The notes: generated by a model not told the origin, from the letters alone. A stretch of 64,000 nucleotides of DNA from Phoronis australis (GCA_002633005.1 NMRA01000041.1:1183294-1247293), one strand, 5' to 3'; counted from the stretch's first letter, positions 1-14,612 are shown. Numbers and translations are program-made.

Positions 1-245
1 GGAACATGAAAATTGCATCTTAAAAGAAAACAAAGAAGGAGTATTAATGAATTATCAAATGCGATACATTCCCAAACCGTACTATTTCACAACGCGACAG
101 AAAAGTTAATTCGCTGCGCCTCACCGGAACCAAGCGTTTAGTCGGGTGGAAACTATATGTAGTAGGCTATATAATATGTCCATGGCGGTCTTCAATAAAT
201 AGACATATGCACGTCAGTTCCCCTTCATTAGCAGGCATTCCAAGG

Positions 246-404
246 AGTGAACTTTCTGAGTAGTGAACCTTCGGAGTTGTGAACATTCGGAGTTGTGAAC
301 ATTTGGTGTGATGAACCTTCGGAGTTGTGAACATTCGGAGTTGTGAACATCGGTGTGGTGAACCTTCGGAGTTGTGAACATTCGGTGTAGTGAACCTTCG
401 CACC
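246..404. repeat. 16-bp minisatellite (consensus ~TTCGGAGTTGTGAACA / TTCGGAGTAGTGAACC), about 9-10 units
   Basis: TCGG recurs with 16-bp period (e.g. 271, 287). The period explains the three overlapping repetitive minus-strand ORFs (FTTPNVHNSE). Related degenerate units occur at 2140-2257 and 19583-20110. Confidence 0.9.
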
Positions 405-1959
405 CCAAAAGACAATGCAAACATAACCCTTGAGAACGAAATAGAAATAAATGATTTCAGGAAATCCATCGTGAAACTGGAACAACTATTATTGAATAGT
501 GCTCCGCTCCGCGGCCATATCATGGATAAAAGGCGTTTACAGTGTGTTTAGCTTGTAAGTACACGGTGCCCAAAAATGTATTCGCATTTCAAATGATGAT
601 AACTGCGTTGTTGATGGACTTAGCAGGATCACTTGTTCAAAGTCACATGATGGAAAGGAAGCAAGTCTAAAAACCAAAATAAATGCTCAGTAACTTGGGA
701 TGAAGTCGAATTCAATGATAAATTCTCGTTTTCCAAAACTGAATGACCCGTTTGCCATTCTCGCATATACGTGTACAAATCACGTGACGGCGCACAGTCT
801 GATCCATGGCAACCGAATTTGAACCCTTGGCTTTGTGCGGAAGAGTGAGTACATTTTTGGAGCAACCTGCATATAATGGACGACGAATAGTTTATGCTGC
901 TGCGAAAAATGTGATCTTAAACATCAGTATTTCAAAGTTTATTACAGTTACTACGAATATCACGCTCGAGTTGTATGAATAATATCTACAATTAATTTGC
1001 ATGCTTCATCACGGCAAATAATGCCATGTAGGCCACAATGACTGTTGTCAGATTTTCTGGGCGAAACACAACTGTCCTAGCAAAAAGTATCCGTACTAAT
1101 TATGTTTTACTATTTTAACGTAAGTTTCATGCCCGTGAATGGTCCTATCCAATGTAACAATCATGATGGAACATTCTTTTATCTACAGCACGCCGGTGCA
1201 TATCCGACTGTCTCTTAATTGTGCGTAATTATCAGTTTATGCCAAAGGCCATGCTGGCCTATATTGCCTTACAGGCTGCACGCTGAACTCGTTAGTACGT
1301 GCACGCATATATGTACCAGTATAGAACGTTTGCTAGTGCCTGTGTGTACAGGAAAACCACGATAATCAATCATGAGCAAAGCAGTATAATTTCCATGTCA
1401 AACAAGAGTGGAATTTCCAGAACCATCCGGTGGTTATGTGATTCTACAAAGTACTTGCATAGCACTTCAATGAAGATTCAGAAGCAAAATAAAGATGTTT
1501 TAACCACCGTTTTTATCGCAATCAATATCGTAATGTTATATGATCACAAGTTTCACCGCGAATTGAAGTTTAATCATATTTTCACTAGGTTTTGTTGGGC
1601 GACATCAGTTTTCAGAAGGCTTCAGATTTATACCAACCCCTGAGGAATAGTCTGAATTCGTTATGTTCGCCAAATGTTTTCACACAAGAGAGATGAATAC
1701 GTCGATAATTACCAAAGAAAAACACAAATCACCAAAATACAGGCATCAAATGAAGCAAGGAAAGTGCGTTCCATATTCACCGATGTGTCGCTGACCTTGC
1801 CCTCATTATTCAATGCCGCGTTATTGCATACAGTGTATTGTCGACATCGTTAACTGTTCTAGTTTCTGTGGAAATTTTAACGCCAGTCTCGGTAAGCTTT
1901 ACTGGACCTTCATAAATGTTCTTCCAATTTCACGAATGGGTTATTGATTTGTTGCTTAG

Positions 1960-2257
1960 TATTAAAATGTCCACACAAAAAAATAATAAATTTTTTTCAA
2001 CGAAGTCCAATGACTTGTTTCTGCCGTTTCTACTGTCCGACTCTTGTATAGTGTCTACTTTGAAATTCGCTTGACCTAAAGATGATTTATCATACTAGTG
2101 TTATAAATTAATGAAAGAAATGCGTTCATATTTGGAGGAGGCGTGGGTTTCTACGGCGTAGTGGTTTTTTCGCAGTAGTAGTGTTTCGGAGTAGTGTTTG
2201 TTTTTCGAGTAGTGGGTCTTCGAAGTATTGGGCCTTCGGAGTAGTGGCCTGTAACCG
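1960..2257 (+). mobile_element. Dispersed repeat with terminal array of degenerate 16-bp units (TTCGGAGTAGTGG..); non-autonomous DNA transposon arm
   Basis: Reverse complement aligns by eye to 20065-20275 (GTTCATATTTGGAGG / CCTCCAAATATGAAC; TTCGCTTGACC / GGTCAAGCGAA; AAGTCCAATGACTTGTTTCT / AGAAACAAGTTACTGGACTT). Ends ..GTAGTGGCCTGTAACCG. Confidence 0.65.
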
Positions 2258-2680
2258 TATTATGCGACAAACGTGATGAGATGAAAGGTTAAACATAACG
2301 ACACTTCCAGAAGTCCTATGGAAAGCTGCCGGTAAGCAAGTGTATTACACAAATTAGCCTCTGCTAATTGTTTTAGTGTATTGGGAGAGCGCAAATAATA
2401 AGCGGACATCGAACAACTGTTAGCGTATAATGTACTTACATTTCCAGACAAGTCAGCGTGAAAGATCTGCTTAGGTTAGACTTCTATAGATTAATATAAA
2501 ACAACGAAAGAAATCACTTCTAAACTGGGTAAGGAACATAAGATAAGGTCATGTTTATAACGGTAAGAAGCCGCTACAAAGTGAAACTGTGAAGCAACTT
2601 CAGTCTCAGAGACGACTCGCACTGCAATTTGAGATAAGAATGTTACTACCGGGATGGTTCACAAGAATCTTGAGACAGAG

Positions 2681-2850
2681 CCGACCCACCGACCGCCCGA
2701 CCGACCGACCGAAAAACACAGACAGTTCGTCCGACCAACTGATAGACAGTGCGAACTACTAGTAGAGAAAGAGTCAGACCGACCAACAAACAAACTGGCA
2801 GACTAATAAACAGACAGAGAGACTGACGGATAGATAGAAAAATGGACGGA
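2681..2850. repeat. Degenerate tetranucleotide microsatellite (CCGA/CAGA/TAGA)
   Basis: Runs of ccga-ccga, caga, gaca and taga units. Confidence 0.75.
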
Positions 2851-5022
2851 GGGTTGGAACGTTTCTTTGGCATAAAACAACAATTACAGCTTTGATATCA
2901 TTTGTATTTCAGAAGTTGGCAGTCAACTAAAAATATAGAGCTGGTGACAAGTGGGTCACCTTTACATTATTAGAAACGAGCCTAAACGCAAAACAGGAAA
3001 CACGAAGCAACAGCTGGCAATGCAGTTTCTGATTTGTTGACAGCAAGTGTTCACTGAAAACAAAGGTGTGTCAACAAAAAACGCCAAAACACCTTAATTG
3101 GGTAATGACTGACAAGGAAAAAGCCGCCGAGGGAGCTTAATACTGTTGTCATCGGTTATTCGAACATAACGCTAATCAAGAGTGACCTGTTTACCATAGA
3201 TTAAAATCCTTTTACGGATAACGAGAGACGTCACTTAAGGATTGTGTATAGCGACCATCCTTACCATTTGATTTTAATAGTATTTTAAGAAGCCAGAATG
3301 TACGAGTGAACTGGTACCGTCTATTCAATATCAACTACAACCACCTCACACAGCAATAGGCAATACTTCGCCCGAGGACGTCGTAGGCATAGAGGCAATG
3401 ATCCTGTAATTGCGCTGCTGTGCACGCCCATTCACCCTTTGATTTATAAAATACGTTATGCTAAGCAATATGTAAGGGGACAGGTACCTGTGACGAATAA
3501 TAATGATATTGGATATAAATACGCTGCCATAACTGCAACTGTTTCCCTTTCATTTTTTGTCATAAATATGCAAGTTATAGCTCACTTGATCATAAAGTTT
3601 TGACCTCAGTCGTAAGAAAGCATGGCTCTCAACAGACTGTTTTTAGGATGTGGCCAATTTTGTTGTTTGTAACCAAAACTTGGTTTCTTGTGCTTTTAAT
3701 GCTATGCTTAGATTCGCTTTCTACTGACGATCAGTTGCGGACCGTCATGGGCCTGGGGGCTAACCTATGTACCTGAAACTCAGCTCGATAACTGACCAAT
3801 GGAGTGGCACGCCTCGAGTGAACTTAATTTGTTCTCGAATCATGCGACGTGATTGGTTAAATTTCGAGCCTGTGTCGAGTCTAAGTTATATCGCCGGAGA
3901 CTATGAAGTGTGTTAATCCCAAGTTAATTAAGACTCTGGCCACTGATCACGGGGTACATTACGTCGCCGTAAACCTGCTAAGTCTTGAGGACGGTACGCG
4001 TCCGTCCGCATAAAATATCTAAATGTTTTCATATTTGGAGAGCCAGTAATTCCCGTCCCGATCTCAAATCCTGTAAGTCGGGATTTTCAATTTCAGCCTT
4101 TGAGATTGTTTTCTCAAACTTTCGTGTGCCGTTTTTACCGGCACTCAAGGAATGGATGTGTCGGTTACCATTGACTTGGAACGGCTCAGTTTTGGACGGG
4201 TTTCGGGCGGCCAACGCATTCGTAGGTTATGGGGTAGTTGTTCCTGTTTTATTTGACGACGCTTCGAAAAAAAACCTGTTTTGGAGACGGAAAGATGGAG
4301 TGGAAAGCTTTGGGAGCAATTTGTGTCTTTCAACCTAGGTTGTTCATTATCTGCATTTGAGGCAGTGATTAAACAGAAATGAATTAGATCACATTCTTGG
4401 CACAAAAGTTTTCTATGACCAACCTGGATACCAGTTTGGTCTACTGAAAGGGAGCCTAAACGTAGGCTGTGTTTCAGAATCTAGCCCTGAGTGCTCGATT
4501 TGGCGACCTGCAGCTTGCCAATGCGACTGCAGATAGTGTTTGTCGACCTTGGAAAAATCGGAAGTCGTCACGAATTCGCCACAGCGAGAAGCAAAGTCAA
4601 ACAATAATTCACCCGACATTCACTTCAAAAGCTGTAATGACTATCGACCTTTAAACTAAGCAACATATTTTTCTAAGATTCAATACCTTTGGTTCAAAAT
4701 TGTTTCGTTTGCCGTGAAATAAGAGCATTTGCCACCCTAATATGAAACATACGCTCAAATAACTACAGGAAGTAAAACAGATGGAAGTCGGAATTGTTCG
4801 GCAAAAATCGGACAAGGTCGAACCATGAAACACGCGCATCCAGTGTTTCCGATCGGCTGCGTTCTCGGTCGCAAAGAGGAATTGAGGTAGACTGATTTTA
4901 CATTTACGGTAGAAATGGACGAGGTATGCGTAATTTTTAGTAGTGTAATGCTGTCAGCGGTATGATGGCTTCTTTGCTTAGCGAGTCCGGGTCTCTTTTT
5001 GGCGACCAAGGATTTCCATTAA

Positions 5023-5520
5023 GGAGGCCTGGAACGCCGCAAACAGACCAAATTGCAATATTGAAAGTGGTTCGTTGCCACTGAAACAGATTTCAGCATG
5101 CTCAATTATAGGGTTTGATCGTAAAGATTTTTAATTTCTGTTCATCAAAGCATTTTCTTTTAATTTCAAGTTTCACTGTCAACTGCTCGCCACTTCGTCG
5201 ATTTTTTCCCACTAGGCAAATCACGTCTCCTTATTTGGTATAGACGTAGCACATTTCGCTTATATGGAAACTGTGACCTTTGACCTCACGCGACTTTAAG
5301 CAACTAAATGTGAGCGCTTGCGCGCATTTATCATAAGCGGGAGGAAGGTTAGAAATGCTGTGGTAACCGCACAGTTTTTCCTTCGCGCGCATTTCAAAAA
5401 TCGTGAATTTTGTGATTTTTCTGGAAATTTCCTCACAGTTGAAAGTGAATTACTCTGTACTAGGCGTTGCGAGATGGTAATTTCGTCAGGAATTGTCTAA
5501 AAGATATTTTGACGAGCTTT
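5023..5520 (+). mobile_element. Kolobok-like non-autonomous element, copy 1 (right TIR not found)
   Basis: Starts TTAA|GGAGGCCTGGAACG and is colinear with 29534-30071 (e.g. AAATTGCAATATTGAAAGTGGTTC; ATTTTGTGATTTTTCTGGAAATTTCC; TTCGTCAGGAATTGT). Confidence 0.8.
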
Positions 5521-5932
5521 AACAGATTAAAACCAAAGACGCATTTTGTTTTTGAGCATCTTACATAAGCTAGAGACCGTACGTCGGATAGCGTCCACTT
5601 AGTAACTCGTAAGTTTCAGCAGATATGCAACCTGAAAAGACCCACAAACCATGGAGCAAGTAACTGCCGGTCAGTCCTTATAGAAAATGTACTCCTGAAT
5701 GCTAGCAACCAGACTGCTGGCACATTACAACGTAGGACTTCTACAAGCCATGAGATAACTAGAACATTGCCTTTGCTCATAATCAAAGGAAATGCGTGTT
5801 TTTGATGTTAATAGACACAAAGGGAGATTACTGTTTCAGTGATCGTAAAATGTTTCATTTACTTGTAACGAGCAGACATTCACATGGAGAGATAGGCTAG
5901 ATCCTGTCGATGGATGAATTTAAAGATGGGTG

Positions 5933-6060
<128 letters not shown>

Positions 6061-7724
6061 CGGACAGAGAAACACTAAACAGAGCAGTAGGTTGTAGAAC
6101 TGTAAGTAGGTACCAAAGGAGGGTGATGGGTGGGAAGATGAAAACATCAAGTAGTTTTCATATTACACAAAGCAAAAATTCGAATTAGCCACCACCAGAC
6201 TAGATGAAATCGAGGTGCAACATCAATACTTTATCATATGGGTTTTATTGGAAAACAGGAAAGTGGGTAACAAGTTTGCCGCTGAGTCTTAATCCATGCC
6301 TGCGGTGATTTTCCATGAACGCCTCGGATGAGACCGACTAGAAAACATACCGACTCGGCCCCCTACACATATAGAAACAGCTATCGCAGGCTGATTTCTG
6401 AACTTTGCAAATGGCAAGATCACGTAGGTCGTCGCGAGATATATAGTCTATATATTACATTAGCTTTTCTCGCTAATGTTTTGCGTCTACGGATCGCACT
6501 TCAGGTGTAACTTTAGCCACCCCGTGACCAGCGTAGTTCCTAAGAGAAGGAAAATTGGCCCAAACATTGACCTTGGGAAACAAACCGAAGACCAAATGGA
6601 CGTGGTAATGATTAAAGACTTGTGTTAATCACACCCAGCTGGAAACTACGCGTGTTTTGCTCACCTTTAACTCAGGTATTTGTTGAAGCAGGTATTTGGG
6701 TAAATATAATCAGGACTAGGTTACACCGTGTTGACCTTGTCTCGTGTTCTAAGTACACGTGCCATTAACCGACAGAATCAATTCCTTTGAGTGGTAGCGC
6801 GCTGTGAACAAGACTTCACGGGTAGCATTAATTCTACACATCAACATATGTGATTTATCTCAGTTAGTCTGCGTTTGCTTCTCGAACTGGGTGTTTGCTG
6901 TCTCACGCAGAAATTGAATGACACGAAGACCAAGTCTTTTGCTGAGTGCCCAGCCTAAGTTGCCTCACCTGAGAGGAGGGTAACTGAACTATCAAACCAG
7001 AGTCCAAGTTAGAGCCCTCTAATGACAAATGTCAAATGGCCATTGGTCATTACATGTTTGTGCTAATTACAAAATTCATCCACTTCATTAGGACGAAGTT
7101 TCACAGGAGGTTGAAATCTCTTTTCACGGCAGTTCAACTAGTGAAAAGTTCCCATTCCTCAATAATTATCTGGAGGCGAAGCGAAATCCATCCATAGATC
7201 AGACAATTTGTCAAAAAGCCAAGTAATTACTGACTGTAATGAAGGAGTACAACGGTAAGTCATGTGATCCGAAACAAGGCCACAGTCGTGCCTTAGAGGG
7301 CGCGGACGGCGAAGAAACGACAGATGTTCATCGGGGTAAAAGGCCCATTTCTACCAAGGATTATATTACGTTACCCTCAAACATATATGAAACATTCAAT
7401 TCAAATTCTGTTCTAATTCCAACATTAAAAATTTCACAAACTTGATTACTGGTAAAACATGCAATGTAGGACAAACTGAATCTGCAAACACGAACAACAA
7501 AATTACATCGGACACAATATTGATTAACGCAATTGTTGTTTATGTCTCATGCATAGTGGTGGCCTACATAAGCTAAGTCTTGGTCACTGTCTGCCTGTCC
7601 TTCCACCCCCCCCCCAAAAAAAAACACGGGTCCCTATGCTTTTGTTCTACCAAGTGCCAACCTTAGTAAGGTTGCGTTGGACCTTATGGTCAAGCTTATG
7701 AATTTTTATAATACTATAGACAAT

Positions 7725-8150
7725 AAAAGTATATATTTTCTGAAAGTAGAACGGCTGTTATGCTTCATATTTAACTTCTCTTCAACCTGTTATTGGTTGG
7801 GTCACGTGACTATGCATTTTTAAAGTAAAATATAGGAAATAGGATAGTCCATCGGTACCAAACTCACAGTATCATCAACATGCCGAAATTTTGCTTAAAA
7901 TAAAGGTTCAAGATGAAATCTCAAAAAAGTTTACACAGTTTTCTAAATCATCATTTTGTTTTCACATGACTTTTTCATGAAAACCAGCAATAGCAGCCTA
8001 ATTGTTTGATCGCCCTCATACAAGGAGAACATTTTAAAAACGATTATGCTAACAGCGTCTTGGAAACTTTAGTATCTGAAAGTTTCGTAAGATTCCGATC
8101 AAAGGTTCCGAAGTTGGCTACATTTAGGCAATTTTCTAAGGTCCTTCATA
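7725..8150 (+). mobile_element. Old dispersed repeat (family B), copy 1
   Basis: Shares TATTTTCTGAAAGTA, TTGGGTCACGT and ATTTTCTA(A/G)GGTCCT anchors in the same order and spacing with 47349-47775, and in reverse with 49021-49425. Confidence 0.6.
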
Positions 8151-10658
8151 ATGTCAAATCGAACCTCACACTTTGAAAGTGCTACTGCAGCATCGTTTAT
8201 GGTCATATGAACAAAATGCACAAACAACGTCTCTCCTTAGACGCCATTCTAACAGTAATGAGCCGGGCAGTTTATTTGTTTGGAATAACCGAATTATTCC
8301 AATGACGGCGAATCATTTTCTGGCGAGAATTGTCGCATTGTCTGAGGATGACACTGTTGAGAAACTTAGTTGGTATCTATTCGCCAACAAACTTAACTTC
8401 GCGCAAGACTGTGCCGGGATTTCTGAAGGTCAATCCAAAAGTAAGCACGCGGGCTACCGTTAAAAATTCCAAAATTATTATAATGTCCCCATGGATTATT
8501 CATGGACTCGAATCATGAAGTGGTGAGCATAGATTCTCAAAGAGTACTGTGTAAACCAGTGGAGACGGAACGTTTACACAATTATTTGAGTTATTTCCAC
8601 TCAAAGCACACCTTTTGCTTAAGACGTCAACAATCTTACTTAGTAACATATTAACAACTCGTTGTCTATTCGTTCGTCCATCGTTTCCGAAGTTAATCTG
8701 ATGGTAGGCGGCGAGTCAAAAAGAAAGCTTCAGTTTCCAAACACATATACGGCTTGGAACTAGTTGTAATCTGCGGAATTTTGAGTAAAAGTAACGGATT
8801 GGTCGGTATTCCACAAATGCGCAATTAGTATACTTTTGATGACAGATTTGACGAATAGGGTGTGATTGTCACTTTAATCAGTCAATCAACCATTAATACT
8901 CTGACAGTCGTGCCAGAGCGGCGAGCTATTAATTTGTATGGAACTTAATTCATTTGTAATGAAACAATTTTTTTGGGCTCAATGTTCATCGACTCATTAC
9001 GTCTTCTGAATGTAATGAACGTATCTCTCTTACATGTTCTGATTTGCAATGTATGTCATTGTTGGTAAAATGGAGTTCGACTTCCGGTCAGAACGGTGTG
9101 TGATGACGATATCCCAATAGCCAAAGTGTCGTTCAGCGATCAATTTATTTATAGTCGGTCGCGTGCTTATCAAGTCTTCAGTAATGACCGGTTGATTCGA
9201 ATCATAGCGGACCAGGTAACGACGACCCTGCGTCGAGATCGGAAGGCATGACGTACCAATTTGTAGTCAAATTAAGTGGAACACGACGTCCCACTTTCCT
9301 GATTGCCGACCGGTCATTTCATTGACCAAGGCATCAGTGTTTTGACAGCTGCTATATAGATAGACGCAGCAGTAATGATACGTTAAATATAGACTATTGA
9401 ATAATTTATTGTCAATAAGCCGCGGATGAACAGACACGACAGAAATTACGCATACAATTGACAATTGTCGACCAAGAACTGGGAATGGTTCAGGACTGCA
9501 ACTTGTCGTAGATAAAAACTCCTCATTGAAACCTTTGTTTAGAGTTTGAACGTCGTGACAAAGTTACGCAAAGACAACGCATTCAATGAGAACCGTTGAG
9601 ACAGATCTAAGAGAGTATCACCGGAAATAATATGCTGTGAAGAGTTCTCACGTTCTTAATGAGAACGTGGTGACCCATTTGCTGGCAACTGGAATACTGA
9701 ATTCCCAGTCACCCTGGCATTTTGGAAATTACCTCTGATAATCGTGAGTGGTACCAATTTAAGAGCATGGCTTTAACACGTGTGTAATGCATATAACATT
9801 CATGACGTAATTTTGCCAAGAATAATCTGCTATTAGACATTGGTAAACGGTGCATCCTATATAGGAACTACAGGAGACAAAACGTTGGCTCAATTCATTT
9901 TTTCGAAATTGTTTTGACAAGTGTTATCTTTGCCGACTTACTTTTTCCACAAACGACGGAATTCACAATTTCAGAATTCCCCAATTATAGCCAAATACTT
10001 AATCAATTGAACAATTGTCGAGTTGTGCTGGAGGGTTGCCTTACCAAAACAACGATCCATATGGTTCCGTTAACTTGATCACTTGAACAGACGTTACGCC
10101 AATACATGTAGATGTACAAGTCACTCGCAAACCCACAACAAGCAATTACACTGAAGGTAAATCTCAGTTAAAAGATTTTTCTGACGTTAACTGGAGGCGT
10201 TTACTATAGAGTTTGCAGCTGTGAACTGGAGTTTGTATAGCGCATGGCAGACGGTCGAGTACGAAACATGACCGAGATGTTTTGCGCCGATACAGATCCT
10301 GGAGGCAAGATATAAAGTAACGCTGGCGAGGTGTGAGCAACCGCTTAACATAACCTATAGGTTTAAAAGTGAATGGAGCGGGAAATCGAATTTGATCATC
10401 GCGTTTCACCGTTTAAGCCATTTCTTGACTCCGGGTCAGTGATTTCTGATCTTATTGACAACGAATTTCACGCGGTGTAACAGTAGACAACGGTTATCAC
10501 CTTATATGACCGTGGGTTCGTCAACATAGCATTGAGCATAAAAGCAGGCTGTTCTGTTAGTAATAGATAAATATTGAATGATCTCAACTTCACACACGAT
10601 AATATTTGTGCAACTTCCGCACGGCAGCCAACCAGCACTAAAATACTAGACTACTTAC

Positions 10659-10941
10659 CTATAGTCGTAATCACGGTCAACGCAAAGTAAAAAGCACCAG
10701 AGAATTTCCACTGTATCCCTGCGTTATGCGGCTTGTGTTTAATCACTGTGGTTCGTATTTTTTCAAACTCGTCGTCCGACACATTATACGTGGATTTAAA
10801 CTGTTGTTCATCGTTATCGTTTTCCTTTCGCTTATTCATTTCGTTGTCAGATTCCAAGGCGTCGAATATAGCAGCTCCCACGAGTAGGTAGGTAAAAAAG
10901 CAGACGATTAAGGAAAGCGTCCGGACGTTTTGCTTCTTCAT
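10659..10941 (-). CDS. sup-9: TASK-subfamily two-pore-domain K+ channel (KCNK3/KCNK9/sup-9-like), gene A, coding exon 1 (N-term, M1, cap, P1 up to TTIG); remaining exon(s) apparently outside the window to the left
   Basis: MKKQNVRTLSLIVCFFTYLLVGAAIFDALES...WKFSGAFYFALTVITTIG is the TASK N-terminus. Donor ATAG|GTAAGT at 10659/10658 is phase 1 within the first Gly of GYG, the conserved TASK intron position. The exon is 283 nt, identical in length to gene B exon 1. The symbol denotes family similarity, not proven orthology. Confidence 0.95.
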
Positions 10942-12811
10942 CCCGGGCTAAAACTCGGGCCTGAATCCGGTCAGGCTATGTATTCCGTTCATGTCATATT
11001 TCCAAGTGTGGGAATCGCACAATGATATACCATAATATGATGGAGATTAATTCACCTTGACTTCGATTTACACACATACACTTATCTGTCGATGATAACG
11101 AAGGCAGCCCTCGAGTATTCCCTTGAATCTTGATGGCGACTGTGAACAATGTGCCTTACGAGCCCACTCACGCGCGTCCGCGTGTGTGTAACCAACCCCC
11201 GCTGCGTATATGCCAGTCTAATCACTCGGTTGTAATTTTGAAATACGAATATGCGCTGTACTCACATAGCTTTTCACCGTCACCTGCGCCAAGGGCAGAA
11301 AAACGCGTTACTGCGCAGCCTTCATCATCCTAGAAGTAGATCGAAATATTGATTATTTTCTTGCGTTTGAATATCATTTTATATCCGTGATAATCGAGCG
11401 ACCGATATGAAAACAGAGTCTCGACTTTCACAGATGATGCCGGGTGTAACTGTTTTTATTACTTCAACTGTTTAATAACTTTCGTTTCACGCACTTGCAA
11501 ACAGTAAGCATTTATTAATCCATTCTTGTTTTACACGTAAACCCTTAGTTGATGAACAAAGGCGAACTCCACGGAGGTAAATCAGAAAGACTGCTTTTGT
11601 ATTTGACTATTAGTCAGGTTGAGTTTTAATCAGCTGCGCTATAATCGACGGTTGATTGTTTACGGTGTCACAAGGAATAACGATTAATAGTACAAACGGA
11701 AGGAGATTATTATAATTCAAAGATTTCTGGCTAACTGTATTTGTACATTGGTGATGTCACTGACAAGTATATGTTGGGGTGATACAAGTATGATTAAACT
11801 ATGACTGGTCAGGATGTGGACGCGTGCATAAACTCACCACGCACAGAGAGAGCAGGGGACGAAGACATAAATTCTCGTTTACAATACTCAAAATTGTAGT
11901 CGCAAATTAAAGCGGTTTTCAAATCGTGTTTTTGTCAAAACAAAAATTTGGATTGAGTCCACTTAGCGTTATAAAATAGGTCTTGCTTGTTCTTTATCCT
12001 GTTTAGAGGTGATCTCTCAGTGGGCTCGGGAAGGATTCGGGCAGTTTGTTACTTTTTCAGACCAAGTTGACTGTGTTCAAATGAAATAAGGTACTGCCAA
12101 TTCTTTTTGGAGCCCTGAAATCATCTCCATTTTGACTAAGGAACAATTTGAAACCCATTTCACAACTGCAAGTGGCCAGAATCAAAACACGTTTTGACAG
12201 AAAGCCGGCACGGGTTCAGTCAACCAACGTGCCGCTTCTCTTGTCTCTCATGAACAGCAGACGACGCATTGACGTGGACCTTTACATGGTGAATAGACAT
12301 CCAGGAATTGCCATAAAACATTCCACACACATGTAAAATGTATAAAAGATAAGAACCCACATACTTTTTATTGAATCATATCTTATTTATAATCATCTAT
12401 GAATGGAAAGACATCGCAGATTTCTGTAAGGCAATAGGTTCCCTAAAGAATAAAATTGGCAAAAAGCCTTTGTGTTAAATGTTTCTGGGCTTACTTGCCA
12501 CATTCTTAAATACCGTGTGCCGGGACAATTCGGAATTTTGAAACACATATACAATACAATGGCGACATTTCAGAACATTTTTTTCTCCCTTTTAGTCAGT
12601 TTGTAACGTCACATCAGTGCTACGTTCACTGCCAACTCAATCTCATTCAGTTTTTGTACTTGCGCTAGTACGGATTGCTCAAGTCCCGACAGATCACGCC
12701 AAGGCGAACGAGAACAATTCAACGATCAAGTCACGGGCTACTCCATTTACTAAGTTGCCAGAAAACTTTAAACTACGGTAAACGCTGGATCGCAGCGGCC
12801 TCTTACATAAA

Positions 12812-13008
12812 ACGGTCCCAAATAGGGCCTCAACTAAGGTCCCTAAATTTTTGTGCTTATTTGTGTCTTTATGGACTCACATATGCAATATTTTTCTATC
12901 ATTTAATCTTGATCATGATCTCGTCTTTGATTAATGACATTTTCTAATAATAAAACTAAAGTGCGCAGTAGATTTAGGGAACTTAGTTGAGTCCCTATTT
13001 GGGACTGT
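12812..13008. mobile_element. MITE (~197 bp) with ~60-bp imperfect TIRs, Tc1/mariner-like termini
   Basis: ACGGTCCCAAATAGGGCCTCAACTAAGGTCCCTAAAT ... ATTTAGGGAACTTAGTTGAGTCCCTATTTGGGACTGT. TSD not preserved. Confidence 0.8.
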
Positions 13009-14038
13009 CTCATACAACCTGACACAGAAGTGCAGTGTAGGACGGCTGATGTTGAAAAAGGAGGCATGGGGTTCTTGTAACTGTCGTTTTCTCACTACAC
13101 AACATCGTTGTTTTCAAATTTGGCCTCTATTTCAAGAACGCCGGGGAACGCGTCAAAGACCCGGCATTCAGACATCCCAAGGTTGCGTTTCTTATACCCA
13201 AAATATTAGGCGTACACTTGCGGCAAGAAATCGACACATATGGAACGAAAACAGTGAATTATAACCCTTCACCGACCAATCATTTCAGTGACCGCTATTT
13301 TACTAGAAACTTGGTCTGCGGAACGCACCCGTCGACTTTTGAATCAAGTTTCGACCAACGGATATTGGATATCACGACTGAATGTACAAAAGGACACTGA
13401 AGCATCTGCAATAACCAGTTCCTGAAAGGTTACGCCTTGCTTTGTCGCCCCGCGCCTAAGAATCAGCCGGTCTGTGTGATTTTGGTTAAATTACAAGCCG
13501 GCAGAGCTTGTCAATTAACTGGCGCTGGTGGCCAGGCTTTGTTTTTGCGCAAGTATGAATGTGACATGCCAATGGAAAACATATATTCCACTCATTTACG
13601 GTATGTATTATGACTATGTATATGGAAAAATGTATGAGTAGGTAGTTCTGACTTGTTCCCGCTGGCACCTGCATAGCACAGTGAGATGCAGAGTCAGTGT
13701 CATTTTAATCCGTTACAGGTACGTAATCACGTTGAAATTTACACCGACCCGCATACACAGGAAGCCTAGACCGCATTTCCAAGTGCACGAAAGTGTGAGA
13801 GAGTCACAATAAATCGACAGCTGTTAATATATATTGCCGACAGCTGTTCTAGAAATATAAACTGGCAAATTAAACTAGTGTGTACAAACAATAAACGCAA
13901 TTGTCGTGTGCTTTGATGAAATTTCAAGGAAACATTATTGATGTTGGTTTCAGTTTTCTAAAATGCACAAGTGACGACACAAAACAGAAAAAGTATTTGC
14001 CTTACGACATCACGCTGAGGCAAAATATAGTGGGACGT

Positions 14039-14068
14039 CACACGCACACGCACACACACACACACACG
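14039..14068. repeat. (CA)n microsatellite
   Basis: cacacgcacacgcacacacacacacacacg. Confidence 0.9.
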
Positions 14069-14612
14069 TGCAACACCAAATTGTGTCCACAGCCAACAAG
14101 ATGTAACAGGCTCATAGCGCGGCTAATATCAACATTATTTAGAGGGCACAGACAGGCTTAACTTAGTCGTTGTTACAAAATTGCTATATCCTCTCACTGC
14201 CACTTTCCATTACTGTTGCCCGGGCCGTAACAAATGTCCTTCTTTACCCAGTCACTGTCAAGGTTTGACCCTCGCCGCTGCGTAATGTCGGTGGCTCGAA
14301 CTCGACCACCGTTCCATCTCTTTGTATGGCTCCATGTAAGGACCATGCTTTCGTCGTTACCTGTATCGAATTTCCTTTTGGTTTTGTCCTTATTACTTGA
14401 AACTCAGATAGACTATATCTGAGCTTGAAACTATTTTGGCTTTACATTAGGCCACTAACGGTAGCGTTGTAACCCCAGCGTTGATGTCATGGCGTAGACA
14501 ACAGGAGTTATGACATGCGTACCATTTACTCCCATACTATAACTCCATACAGGCACCCCATTTCAGTGTCAGACACACCTGTTGGTCCCGTTCCGTAATA
14601 CAAAACGATCTG

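Noticed and set aside
246-404. Short regular repeats resembling a CRISPR array or a repeat-protein gene
   Set aside because: Units are contiguous with no unique spacers, no cas genes, eukaryotic context; ORFs open in three frames are an artefact of the 16-bp period.
3745-4980. Cluster of overlapping 60-117 aa ORFs
   Set aside because: No protein motifs or consistent splice structure; likely decayed repeat sequence.
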